Positions 27,541 to 38,900 of a stretch of 64,000 bases of DNA are shown here, piece by piece. Position numbers and translations under genes: made by a program. Numbering within the stretch: the stretch's first letter is position 1; every line of letters starts with the position of its first letter. The notes under the pieces were generated by a model. It saw only the letters and a program-made list of their open reading frames with translations, did no database searches and had not been told where the DNA came from. This stretch comes from a virus, in IMG/VR virus record IMGVR_UViG_3300023109_000007, positions 73,747-137,746 of that record; one strand, 5' to 3'.

Positions 27541-30500
27541 ATGTCACAGTCTGGTAGAATAAGTGGCGGCGTTCTAAGAGCCAACATTGAAATTAATGAA
27601 AATAATGCAGGAAAAGATTTTCTAAATTTTAAGAATTCTGGCGCAAGCACAGCAGTATTACACATAGATCCACTAACAAGTAGGATTGGTGTAAATATGG
27701 AAAACCCATCTCGTCCGTTAGAAGCTCCTGTTAAAATTCGTACTACGCATCTTGATGCAGATACAATGTATTTGCCCAACTTTACTATCGACGGCAACAT
27801 TACAAATAATATAGGCCCAACTACATACATTGGTGCTGCAACAAAAATTGTTAGTAGTAGTATTGCTGTTGCTGATCTAATAATAGATAATCAAGAAATT
27901 AGAAGTAGACTTACTGATAGTAATATTAATTTACAACCTGGTACTGGCGGTACAGTAAATGTATTCAATGATGTTAATGTATTTGGATCACTAAATGCAA
28001 CAGGAAACATTTCACATGCAGGTAGCTTAATATTTGGTGATAATCTTGCTGAAGACACAGTTTCATTTGACGTTGACATAAACAGTGATCTTATACCTGA
28101 TGCTTCTAATACATATAATTTAGGAAGTCCAACTAAACGTTGGGGATCTGCTTATATCAATTTACTTAATGGCAATGCAATCCAAGCAGGATCAATATCA
28201 ACAAATATTGTAAACAGTGAATTACGTCCAGGAAATATATTTTATGTTTCAATAAACGGCGACGATACTAATGTAGGTGATCATCCTCAAGGTCCATTTA
28301 GAACATTAACTCGTGCATTACAAGCAGCAGACTCAAGTGCAGGCGGACCGGTTAATATAAAAATAACACCTGGAGAATACCAAGAGCAATTACCATTAAT
28401 AATTCCTCCTAATACTACAGTTGCAGGCGCTGACTTAAGAAATTGTATAATATCGCCAGCAGCAGGATACACTGATAAAGATGTATTCTTACTTGACGAT
28501 AGTACAGGGGTAGAAAATTTAACTATCAAAGATTTCTTTTATAATAGCGGAAATAACACCGGACATGCCTTTAGATTTAGAAACGGCGGCGCAGTTACTA
28601 CTAGATCTCCGTATGTTAGGAATTGTACAGTAATTACAGCAGGTAGTGTTACGTCAGTTAGTGATCCAAGAGGTTACGATCAAGGCGATGCAGGACGCGG
28701 TGCATACATTGATGGTGCTGAATTAGATAATGCAAGTATAAATGCTGCATTATTGTTTCATGCTGCAACATTTATTACTCCAGGAGTCGATGCTGTAACA
28801 ATGACAAACGGCTGTAGAGTCGAATGGTTAAACTCATTTACTTACTTTGCAGCAAAAGGATTACGAGCAGTTAGAGGTTCAACAGGTAGAACTAGTACAG
28901 ATGGTAGCACAGTTGAATACGGAGCAGAAGTAAGAGCAATTGGTTCTGCAAACGTATACGGCGGCATTGGTGCTGAAGCAGACGGTGATGGTACAATAAT
29001 GTATCTTATTAATCATAACTTTGCATACATCGGTGTTGGTAAAGATATTACAAATGATGCTACACTTGTTGATTCGTCTCAAGTAGCATTACAGCTTAAT
29101 ACTGGTAAGATATTCTATAGTGCTACAGATCAAGTAGGTAAATTTAATGTTGGTGATGATTTCTTTGTAGATTTAGACAAAGGTATTACAAATATTGACA
29201 CTTCAAATGTGAATTTTGATGGATTAAATAGCCTTGCTATACAAGGAACCAATAGTAGAACATTATTAAGTTCAGAAGCTGTAGATACCGGCAATTTAAG
29301 ACTTGCTGGTAACACATTATTTTCGTTATCAGGCGATGTAAATATTACTGCGGCAACATCAACAACTAATTTACAAAATAATGTAAGTATGAAAAAAGAC
29401 TTGTCAATGACAGGCGACTTTACTATTGACGGGTCATTAATAACTTTTGGTAATCAGTTTCAAGACACAGTTACATTTAATGTAGACATTGATCAAAATC
29501 TTAATCCTGATAACACACAAGAACATATATTAGGATCTTCTAGTTACAGATGGAATGTTGCATACCTAAGTAAAGCAGAATTAGATGGTATACAAATTTT
29601 TGATAACCAAATAACTACTAAAGATACTAATGCAAATTTAGAACTTCTTAGCAACGGCGGATCAGGAGTTGTATCGTTGGAAAACGTTACATTTAGAGAC
29701 AATGTTATTAGTACGTATGCCGGAGATCTAAATTTAAATATCACAACTGATTTCCTTGATATACAAAGTGAAAAATTTGTACTATCTAATGGTACAACAG
29801 CTCAACAAATTAGCAATCAGTCTGCGTTAAGATTTAACACACAAACAGGATTGTTTGAAGGATACGGCGATGGTAGGATTACATTCGGAGGCGTATACTC
29901 AGATAACCAAAGAACAAAAGTAGTTGCACACAAAACAAATAATACTTTAAACTTCTATGTTAATAATATAGAAGTTGGCGAAGTTAATGCAATGGGTTTA
30001 GAAATAAACGGATTACAAAGTGACGGAATATTAATTAACGATAACGTAATTACTACTAACGAAACTAATGCAAATTTAGAACTACGCAGAACAACAAACG
30101 AAACTATACGATTAAATGATCAAGAATATATTAGAGATAATATAATTACAAATAATAATCCTGCTGGGGCAATGATATTAGGTACTACAGGTAACGGATT
30201 TATAAAGTTTGTAGGTACTACAGGTACGTTCCTTAGTACAAGTGGTCAAGTTTCAATAGATGATATATCAGCAGTAAGTATTGCTACAAATACTGTTACT
30301 GGATCTAATATTTTTGCAACAACAGCTGGTGGTGTAAGTATACAATCTGCAGGAACCGGAGTAGGTGATAATGGAGGGTTTGCAACTAACACACACTATC
30401 TATTTACAAGTACATCTAATACTAGCATAGAAACAAGCGAACTTGATCTTACTAACTTTAGCGGAGCTTCTTTAGAAGGTAAAGTTATTGTTGGCACAGG

Positions 30501-31362
30501 ATCAAATGGTAGACAGCGTCCAGAAAATTTAGAAACATTGTTGTTCCAATGGTCAGATGATAACACAAATTGGCAAACTATAGGAACTATTGCATCAGGA
30601 GCAACAGCAGCAGAACAAGCTGATTGGTCTGACTTTGAAGTTAGAGTACCATTAGACGTATTTGGACTTGCTATTCCTGCTGCAAATGGATCTATAACAA
30701 CATCTGAAATTGGAAGTTCGTCAAATGCAAGCAATCAAACCTTTAGATTAAATATTGAAGACTTGTTAGGATTTGAACCTGATAATGCAACTATTACTTC
30801 AATTGAGTTTAGAGGTGACTTTGGTGATAATACAGAATATGTTGATGTAACAATTAACGGTGTAACATATAGAATAGGCGAAACAGAAGATGCAGGTGAC
30901 AGTGCAGTATTTTTGCCAAGCACCAACGGAACAAATATTGATATAACTAGTTTGCTTAATGAAGTAGATTTTCAAACAGGATTTGAAGTTAGTGTAAATC
31001 CGTCTAGCGATATTAGTTTTGATACTGTAGGTATTGGAGACTGGTGGCAACTACGATTTAATATTGATGCAACAAGAGATGAAGTAAGCACAGATATCTC
31101 ACAAATTAAATTTAGATTGTTTGAAAATGTTACATCATTAGATGATGGTGATAATTTTGGGGTTACTGATTTATCACTTAGATATTCTACTGATGAAAGT
31201 GTTAGTCCTGAAATTGGTGCAATAAGATTTAATATAGGTTCTAAGCAACAAGAAGTATACAATGGTACAATATGGATACCAGGTACTGGTCAAGAAGAAG
31301 ATCCTGTAACTAATGAAGTTATGGAAGATCTTAGTAACGAATGGACGTTAATCCTAGGCTAA
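27541..31362 (+). CDS. Large virion/tail-fibre-like protein (beta-helix domain plus fibre repeats)
   Basis: Paralogue of 31508..35239 (GRISG, RPGN.FYV..NGDD, RSPY.RN, FHA.TFITPG, EWLN.FTYFA). Confidence 0.75.
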   Translation: MSQSGRISGGVLRANIEINENNAGKDFLNFKNSGASTAVLHIDPLTSRIGVNMENPSRPLEAPVKIRTTHLDADTMYLPNFTIDGNITNNIGPTTYIGAATKIVSSSIAVADLIIDNQEIRSRLTDSNINLQPGTGGTVNVFNDVNVFGSLNATGNISHAGSLIFGDNLAEDTVSFDVDINSDLIPDASNTYNLGSPTKRWGSAYINLLNGNAIQAGSISTNIVNSELRPGNIFYVSINGDDTNVGDHPQGPFRTLTRALQAADSSAGGPVNIKITPGEYQEQLPLIIPPNTTVAGADLRNCIISPAAGYTDKDVFLLDDSTGVENLTIKDFFYNSGNNTGHAFRFRNGGAVTTRSPYVRNCTVITAGSVTSVSDPRGYDQGDAGRGAYIDGAELDNASINAALLFHAATFITPGVDAVTMTNGCRVEWLNSFTYFAAKGLRAVRGSTGRTSTDGSTVEYGAEVRAIGSANVYGGIGAEADGDGTIMYLINHNFAYIGVGKDITNDATLVDSSQVALQLNTGKIFYSATDQVGKFNVGDDFFVDLDKGITNIDTSNVNFDGLNSLAIQGTNSRTLLSSEAVDTGNLRLAGNTLFSLSGDVNITAATSTTNLQNNVSMKKDLSMTGDFTIDGSLITFGNQFQDTVTFNVDIDQNLNPDNTQEHILGSSSYRWNVAYLSKAELDGIQIFDNQITTKDTNANLELLSNGGSGVVSLENVTFRDNVISTYAGDLNLNITTDFLDIQSEKFVLSNGTTAQQISNQSALRFNTQTGLFEGYGDGRITFGGVYSDNQRTKVVAHKTNNTLNFYVNNIEVGEVNAMGLEINGLQSDGILINDNVITTNETNANLELRRTTNETIRLNDQEYIRDNIITNNNPAGAMILGTTGNGFIKFVGTTGTFLSTSGQVSIDDISAVSIATNTVTGSNIFATTAGGVSIQSAGTGVGDNGGFATNTHYLFTSTSNTSIETSELDLTNFSGASLEGKVIVGTGSNGRQRPENLETLLFQWSDDNTNWQTIGTIASGATAAEQADWSDFEVRVPLDVFGLAIPAANGSITTSEIGSSSNASNQTFRLNIEDLLGFEPDNATITSIEFRGDFGDNTEYVDVTINGVTYRIGETEDAGDSAVFLPSTNGTNIDITSLLNEVDFQTGFEVSVNPSSDISFDTVGIGDWWQLRFNIDATRDEVSTDISQIKFRLFENVTSLDDGDNFGVTDLSLRYSTDESVSPEIGAIRFNIGSKQQEVYNGTIWIPGTGQEEDPVTNEVMEDLSNEWTLILG

Positions 31363-31375
31363 CGTAGCCCTTTTC
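31357..31375 (+). terminator. Possible weak terminator
   Basis: GGCTA-acg-TAGCC followed by CTTTTCTTT. Confidence 0.4.
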
Positions 31376-31384
31376 TTTATTTTT

Positions 31385-31507
31385 GATAAATATTATTAAT
31401 GCAACGTATGACCAATACTTGCAGGGACAAACTGTGGTTAGCCAGCAAAGAACCGTAAGGGTGAGAATTAGGCTAGAGGGACAGGATCCCCGTATTGAGG
31501 AGAAAAG
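31385..31507 (+). promoter_or_regulatory. Late promoter variant and GC-rich structured 5' leader
   Basis: GATAAATA at 31385-31392; stems TGCAA..TTGCA, TAGCC..GGCTA, GGGA..TCCC before the GAGGAG SD. Confidence 0.5.
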
Positions 31508-34500
31508 ATGGCTGTTGGTCGCATATCCGGTCCGCTCTTGAAGCAAAACTTACTTCGTGAAGGAGTAGACTTAGCTTTTGAGACTGACTTACTTTATCTA
31601 GATGTGAATAACAACCGCATCGGTATTAACAAAACAAATCCTCAATTCGATTTAGATGTTAATGGTATAGTACGCACCCCCACTGTTGAAGCAACAACAT
31701 TCGCCGATATAAGCGGCGTTCAATTCTCTGGTGATACAATATCTACTACAAATAGCACACTTACAATCGGTACAGGCGACAATGTAGTATATCAAAACAG
31801 ATTAGAAATTGATGACATTAATTTAGAAAATAATGTTATTAGTACAGACAATACAAATGCAAATATAGAATTTAGACCAAACGGAACTGGTAGTGTCGAA
31901 GTACATTCTGACATGAACGTAACAGGTAACATATTTGCAACAGGAAATATTACAGCAGACGGCGAAATTACTATTGGTGATGCTGATACAGACTTCATTA
32001 CATTTAATGCTGAAGTAAACAGTAATATTATACCAGACATAGATAACACATACAACTTAGGTAGTGATCCTGATCTAGGAGGTAAGCAATGGGGTGATGT
32101 CTATGTGCAAAATTTCTTTGCAGGAACAGTTGATACAACTGGATTAATAGTTGACGGCATAGATTTAAATCTACGCCCAGGCAATACAATCTTTGTTGCA
32201 GAAAATGGTGATGATGCTAGTTCAGGTGATCATCCACAAGCACCATATGCTAGTGTAGTACAAGCATTAACAACAGCAACAGCAGGTGATACTGTTTATA
32301 TTATGCCTGGTGTTTATACAGAAGTGTTTCCACTTACAATACCTACAGGTGTAAATGTACACGGACATAGTTTGAGAAGTGTTACAATACAACCAACTGC
32401 TGGTACAGTAACTAATGATGCGTTTATTCTAAATGGTGAAACTACAGTTGAAGAATTAACAATTACAGGATTTAATTTTGATTCCGGCAACAACACAGGT
32501 TACGCATTTAAGTTTAATTCAACATTCCAAGTAAACAGCAGATCACCTTACATAAGAAATGTAAGTGTTATTACAACAGGTACAACAACTACAGCGGAAG
32601 ATCCAAGAGGATTTAATACAGGTGATGCAGGTAAAGGCGCATACCTTGACGGAAGTTCAGCAACACCTGCAAGTAAAGAAGCAGCGTGTTTATTTCACGC
32701 TGTAACATTTATTACTCCTGGAGTTGACGCTGTTACATTTACAAATGGTGTTAGAATAGAATGGCTAAACTGCTTTACATATTTTGCTAATAGGGGCGTA
32801 TACTGTGTTGACGGTACTGACGGAAAAGCAAGTGTCGGCAAAACAGCACTTCGTGTCAGTGATTTAACAGGAACAATTACACAAGGCGAAACTGTAACAT
32901 ATTATGATACAGACGGAGTAACAGTATTAGCAACAAGCACAGTCGAAAGTGTTGATGCAGATAACAAATTTTATGTAAGTGGAAAAGTTACAGGATTTGA
33001 AACAGCTGAAGAACGCCCAGGAAAACAAGTCACAGCAAACGGTGACGCACAACTTGACACATCTATCAAAAAGTTTGGTACAGCAAGTTTACAAGTTGAC
33101 GGCACTGGTGATTATGCAAGTATACAGCCACAAAATGATTTTGGTTTTGGAACTGGCGACTTTACAATTGAAACTTGGATTTATCTTCCTTCAACACCTG
33201 CAAGCAATAACGTATTAATAGATTTAAGAGCAGCACTCGATAGTGACGTTGCTCCAATGCTTAAGACAAGTAACGGATCTCTTTATTACTTTACTGACAA
33301 TGCAAATAAGATTACAGCAGCAGGCGCAATATCAGCAACAACATGGCATCATATTGCTTTAACACGTAACGGCACTGATACAAAATTATTTGTAGACGGA
33401 ACACAAGCAGGCACAACTTACACTGATAATAATGATTACGGAACTGCTAAACCATTAACAATTGGTGCAGCACATGATGCATCTGATGCAACAACAGGTC
33501 ATTTTGATGATGTTAGAGTTATAAAAGGTACAGCAATATATACTGCAAACTTTACTGCACCTACAGTAAATTTATATGCAACTCCTACTACAGTATTATT
33601 ACTTAGATTTAACGGAGTTGATGAGTCTACAACTTTTGAAGATGAAGTAATTTACGCACAAGATATTAGATTTAGTGGCGGTGCAACAGCAACTAGAATT
33701 ACACTTGCAGATTACACAGATTTCGGCGCAGAAGTTAGAATGATTGGTAGTGCAAGTGTATATGGTAACTATGGTATTTGGGGCGACGGTCCAGGGGTTA
33801 TTGTATATGCAATCGGACAAAACTTAGCATACATTGGTAACGGCAAAGAAGTTACTAACGATGCAACAACAGTTATACAATCAAACGAAGTAGTTGAATT
33901 AAACAATGCAAAAGTAAGATACAACTCAGTTGACCATAAAGGCGACTTTAGAGTAGGCGACTTATTCTACGTTAACCAAGAAACTGGCGTAATAACATTT
34001 ACAAGTTCTAACTTTAATGTATCTGCTGGACAAGGACTTACTTTCACAGATGGCGGCAACACTACATTTGTTGACGGCAATAGAATTGACACAGGTAATT
34101 TAAGACTTAGTGGTAATACATTAGAAAGCCTTTCAGGAGACGTTAACGTAACTTCTGCAAGTGATCAAATTAATTTAAACAATAATGTTAATATTACAGG
34201 AAACTTAGATGTTACTGGTAATGTTACAATTGGCGGCGATATTACAATTGGTGATGAAGCATCTGACGCAATAGAATTTATAGCTGGCATAAACAGTGAT
34301 ATTGTTCCTGCACAAAACAGTACATATAGCTTAGGTACTCCTAGTAGAATTTGGAAAAATATTTGGGCTAACCAAGCAGAAATAGACGATATAAGAATCA
34401 CACAAAATTATATTACTACTACAGCAACAAACGCTAACTTAGAATTAAGATCAAGCGGCACAGGTAGTATAGTAATTGATAACTTGACTGTAGACGATAT

Positions 34501-35239
34501 TACAGTTTCAAGTACATCAGATATAAATTTAGCAGCAGCAAGCGGATATGTAAAAATACAAACTACTGGTGCTATAAAACTTCCAACAGGTACTACAGCA
34601 GAAAGACCAGCAGTTGAACCAGGCATTGTAAGATTTAATACACAGTTAAACAGATTTGAAGGTTACGATGGCAGTGACTGGATACAACTAAATGGTGTTA
34701 TTGATCTTGATGGTGATACACAAATTAGAGCTGAACAAACACAAGGTGCAAATGACAATATTATAAGATTTGATATTGCAGGCACTACTGTAGCAGACCT
34801 TAATGGAACAAGATTAGCAGTTCCAAGGTTAACCGTAGATGACATCGAGATCGACACTAATGTGATAACTACAGTTACAACAGATACAGATTTAGAACTA
34901 AAGGCACAAGGAACAGGCAGCGTATTATTAGAGAATTTTGCATTTGATGATAACAAAATTACTAATACAGTTACTGATAGTATAACACAATTTGTTAGCA
35001 CAGGTAACGGGTACGTAAAAATTGATGGCACCAACGGTGTTGTTATTCCGGTAGGTACAAACCTTAATAGACCGGCCCCAGCTTTCACAGAAGTTGGTAT
35101 GTTAAGATTTAATACGTCAGATGGACGAGTTGAAGCATACGACGGATTGCAATGGGGGTCAGTTGCTGGACAAACAGGTGCTATTACAACAATTGACGCA
35201 GGTTTCTTAGCAGTAGAAACAGTTTTATACTTAGGATAA
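31508..35239 (+). CDS. Large virion/tail-fibre-like protein with an inserted LamG/ConA-like domain
   Basis: KFGTASL...FGTGDFTIETWIY...WHHIALTRNG...LFVDG...GHFDDVRVIKG. Confidence 0.8.
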   Translation: MAVGRISGPLLKQNLLREGVDLAFETDLLYLDVNNNRIGINKTNPQFDLDVNGIVRTPTVEATTFADISGVQFSGDTISTTNSTLTIGTGDNVVYQNRLEIDDINLENNVISTDNTNANIEFRPNGTGSVEVHSDMNVTGNIFATGNITADGEITIGDADTDFITFNAEVNSNIIPDIDNTYNLGSDPDLGGKQWGDVYVQNFFAGTVDTTGLIVDGIDLNLRPGNTIFVAENGDDASSGDHPQAPYASVVQALTTATAGDTVYIMPGVYTEVFPLTIPTGVNVHGHSLRSVTIQPTAGTVTNDAFILNGETTVEELTITGFNFDSGNNTGYAFKFNSTFQVNSRSPYIRNVSVITTGTTTTAEDPRGFNTGDAGKGAYLDGSSATPASKEAACLFHAVTFITPGVDAVTFTNGVRIEWLNCFTYFANRGVYCVDGTDGKASVGKTALRVSDLTGTITQGETVTYYDTDGVTVLATSTVESVDADNKFYVSGKVTGFETAEERPGKQVTANGDAQLDTSIKKFGTASLQVDGTGDYASIQPQNDFGFGTGDFTIETWIYLPSTPASNNVLIDLRAALDSDVAPMLKTSNGSLYYFTDNANKITAAGAISATTWHHIALTRNGTDTKLFVDGTQAGTTYTDNNDYGTAKPLTIGAAHDASDATTGHFDDVRVIKGTAIYTANFTAPTVNLYATPTTVLLLRFNGVDESTTFEDEVIYAQDIRFSGGATATRITLADYTDFGAEVRMIGSASVYGNYGIWGDGPGVIVYAIGQNLAYIGNGKEVTNDATTVIQSNEVVELNNAKVRYNSVDHKGDFRVGDLFYVNQETGVITFTSSNFNVSAGQGLTFTDGGNTTFVDGNRIDTGNLRLSGNTLESLSGDVNVTSASDQINLNNNVNITGNLDVTGNVTIGGDITIGDEASDAIEFIAGINSDIVPAQNSTYSLGTPSRIWKNIWANQAEIDDIRITQNYITTTATNANLELRSSGTGSIVIDNLTVDDITVSSTSDINLAAASGYVKIQTTGAIKLPTGTTAERPAVEPGIVRFNTQLNRFEGYDGSDWIQLNGVIDLDGDTQIRAEQTQGANDNIIRFDIAGTTVADLNGTRLAVPRLTVDDIEIDTNVITTVTTDTDLELKAQGTGSVLLENFAFDDNKITNTVTDSITQFVSTGNGYVKIDGTNGVVIPVGTNLNRPAPAFTEVGMLRFNTSDGRVEAYDGLQWGSVAGQTGAITTIDAGFLAVETVLYLG

Positions 35240-35243
35240 CACA

Positions 35244-35573
35244 ATGGCAACATTTTTTAGAAATAACGTAATAAAAGAAATTGGCACAAAGCCTGTAGAA
35301 ATTCTACAGACAACGCCAGCAAACAGGGCAACAGTGATTGGACTAAGTTTAACAAATTTAACTACTAGTTTTGTTTACTGTAGTGTATTAATACAGGATG
35401 ATACTAGTGTTACTGGTTTCTACTTAAAAGAAACATTGTTGCCAGCAAACACAAGTTTGCGAGTAGTATCAACAGGTGAAAAATTAATTATTGCACCGTC
35501 AAACAAATTACTTGTACAAGCAAGTGTAAACGATTCAATTGATTGCGTATTAAGTTACGTAGAGATTACATAA
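35244..35573 (+). CDS. Small beta-sandwich virion protein
   Basis: ATVIGLSLTN...LLPANTSL...GEKLII...SYVEIT; paralogue of 26622. Confidence 0.7.
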   Translation: MATFFRNNVIKEIGTKPVEILQTTPANRATVIGLSLTNLTTSFVYCSVLIQDDTSVTGFYLKETLLPANTSLRVVSTGEKLIIAPSNKLLVQASVNDSIDCVLSYVEIT

Positions 35574-35583
35574 GGAAATAGAT

Positions 35584-35964
35584 ATGTCATATTATGTAGG
35601 TAACAATCCACAAGACGTAGTAAACGGAATTATTAAACGTTATTTCTACGGTATGCGCAGAAACGATGACGGAGAACTATTTCTAGTTAGATCCGATCAG
35701 TTACAAGGCGGCGAAGAACAAACAGTTACAGTTAACGATCTTGGAACAGCAGACGGAAACTTTCCAGACTTTGAAGAAGGTATTGATTTCTTAGACGGTA
35801 TTGATGAAGATCATAACTTTCTTTATGAAAATTTAAGATATCCTCAAATTAAATGGGATGGTAGATCAATATTGTACTACGTTGATCCAACAGATGGTCA
35901 ACTTATATTAAGAATTAGTGAAGGATATGAGTATCCGCAAAATATTTCAGCAGAAGGATACTAA
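35584..35964 (+). CDS. Hypothetical virion-cluster protein
   Basis: In-operon ORF with AAGGA SD. Confidence 0.7.
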   Translation: MSYYVGNNPQDVVNGIIKRYFYGMRRNDDGELFLVRSDQLQGGEEQTVTVNDLGTADGNFPDFEEGIDFLDGIDEDHNFLYENLRYPQIKWDGRSILYYVDPTDGQLILRISEGYEYPQNISAEGY

Positions 35965-35975
35965 GGGGTTTTTAA

Positions 35976-38900
35976 ATGGCAGAGTTTAATTTAGAAAGAT
36001 TTAAGTATAACTGGACAGGTGAATGGACACCTTTCATAAGTTATAAAAGAGATGACGTTGTAAGACATGGCGCAAAATCATATGTATGTGTTGTAACACA
36101 CACAGCTGACGCAAACTTCTACGTTGATTTAGATTACATATTACCTAATTCAAATCCACCGGTATCACAGCCAAAATGGAAAGTAATGACAGACGGTAAA
36201 TCAACATTTGTTGGTGACTGGACAATTGGTAACGAGTACAGATTAGGTGATGTTACATTATATTCAGGTACATTATATTATTGTGTAGTTGCGCATACTG
36301 CTGCTGAGTTTGGAGCTGAAATAACAAACTGGAGCGTGTTAGCAATAGGAAATAAATTTGTAGGATCTTGGGCTCCAACAACATATTACGGTCCAAATGC
36401 ACTAGTAAAGTACAACGGTATTGTTTACAAGTGTTTAGTAGGACATTTAAGTCAAAGTGCTTTAATTGGTATTGAAGACGAATTTGGTGATGACTCGGCA
36501 GGTAAATGGGAAGTGTTCTTAGACGGTGTTGAATTTGTAGGAAATTATGCTGGCGGAACAAGGTATAGAAAAAATGATTTAGTTAAGTATGGTAGTTCTA
36601 TTTGGAGATGTACAGTAGGACACAGTGGTGCTAACCCAATTGACAACAGATACTTTAATGTAGAATTTCCAGGACAAAACACAGAAGGCGATTGGAACGC
36701 AGATAATAGTTATCAAGAAGGGGATTTAGTAAGATCCGGTGGTAGCGTATACCTAGCTATTGCGTCTACAACAGGTGAAAAACCAGACTTTGTTGATTCA
36801 AGTTCGACTTGGTTAAAAGTTTCACACTCTAACAACTTTAGAGGCGACTGGGACGCAACTGCAACTTATTCAACAGGTGATTTAGTACGTAGGGGTGGTG
36901 AATTATTTAGATGTGTAAGAAACACACTTAATGACGGTTCGACACTTGATTATTTAGACGATAACGATTGGGAACTTGTAGTTCCGTCACAAAATTGGAA
37001 AGGTCCTTGGACACAAGACACAACTTATGGTAGAGGCGATATTGTTAACTTCTTTGGTAACACATATTATGCTTCTCAGTCACACTTATCAACAGATAAC
37101 AACTTTCCGGGCGATAACGGTAGTGGATTTAACTATTGGGACTTATTAGTACAGTCTGGTAACACAGTTGGTATGAACAATACAGGTGACTTACTAACTT
37201 ATAATCTTTCACGTAGATTACAAGGTGACGGGTCAACATTTGATGTAACTAACGTACCTATCGGTGAACGTCAACAAGTACTAATGGTAGACGATAATGA
37301 AACATTAGGTTATGAATATTATTCTAAAGCATCAAACCAACTATATGTTTCACTTGACGGTATTGACGACGAAACTGATACTTTAAGAGGATCAATACAT
37401 TTACCATTTAGAACAGTTAAGTATGCAGCTGAATATGCTGATAAAAACTTTAATGGCGAGCTTTGTAAAATATTTATTAGTACAGGTAGATTTGAAGAAA
37501 CCCTGCCTATTATTGTACCAAAGAATTGTGTAATTATGGGAGACGAACTTCGTTCAACAACAATTGCTGCAGGCTCACCTGATCCTGACTTAGCAGTCGA
37601 TCTTTCTTACAGAAAAACAGTTATTGCTAGATTAAGAGCAATTATGCCAAATATGCTGTCAGGAGGCGAATTTGAAAAAACTCCAGGCAATACATTTGAT
37701 TTTGATAATACATTCCCTGCATCAGATTCTACAAACACTAATAACTTACAAGTGTTGCTTGATACATATGACGACTATTTAGACTTTTACATAGGAAGTA
37801 TAGGTAATGTTGCAGATACTGAAGGTAACAACGGCGCCGACACGTCAACTGAAGTTGGTTATGCTCGCGATATTTTATTAAACAATAGAAACTTTATAAT
37901 TGGCGAAGCAACAGCTACTATGGATAACTTTAGAGCAGATGTTACAAGTGCTAATGGTTCAGAAGATTGGCTAATTGGTGCAACAGGTAACTTGACTGTA
38001 GGGTTACCTATCAAATTTGCAGATACAATTGGCGGCCTAGAAGCAAATGTACGTTACTATGTACACAGCATTGTAGATAATATTACTTTCAAAGTATCGA
38101 AGCGTGTAGGTGATGACCCAGTTGATTTAATAAGTGAAGTTAAAACAGTACAGCAATATTACGATTATAAAGCACAGCAAGTTACATTAGACATAAGTCT
38201 ATTAATTGAAGCACTAAGATATGATTTATTATATCCAGGAAACTATAAAACAAAACTAGCTGCAAGATATTACACAAATGATATTTTAGGTAGTAACTTA
38301 GAAGATATGTTCTACTTTAGAGATGCAACAGGCATGAGACAATGTACTATTGAAGGTCTTAAAGGTGTACTTAATCCTCCAGGAGTATTTGAATTTTACC
38401 AACGTCCGACAGCTGGTGCTTATGCATCACTAGATCCAGGTTGGGGACCAGAAGATGAGCGTTGCTGGATTATGACTAGATCACCTTATATACAAGGTGT
38501 AACAACATTAGGTACAGCATGTATTGGTATGAAAGTTGACGGAGCATTACACAACGGTGGTAATAAGTCAATGACAGCTAACGACTTTACACAAGTATTA
38601 AGTGATGGTATTGGAGCATGGATTGATAATAATGGTAGAGCAGAACTTGTGTCCGTATTTACATATTATAATCAAGTTGGATACTTAGCTACACAAGGCG
38701 GAGTTATACGTGCAACAAACGGTAACAACTCATATGGTAGATACGGAGCAGTAGCAGAAGGTATTGATCCAAACGAAATTTCTAAAACTGCAACAGTGTT
38801 TAACAGAAATCAAGACGCACAAGTAAGTGCAGTGTTCGCTGGCGAAGTTAGTGACTTTATTCTTAACTTAGAATATAGCAACGCAGGTCAAAACTATACA

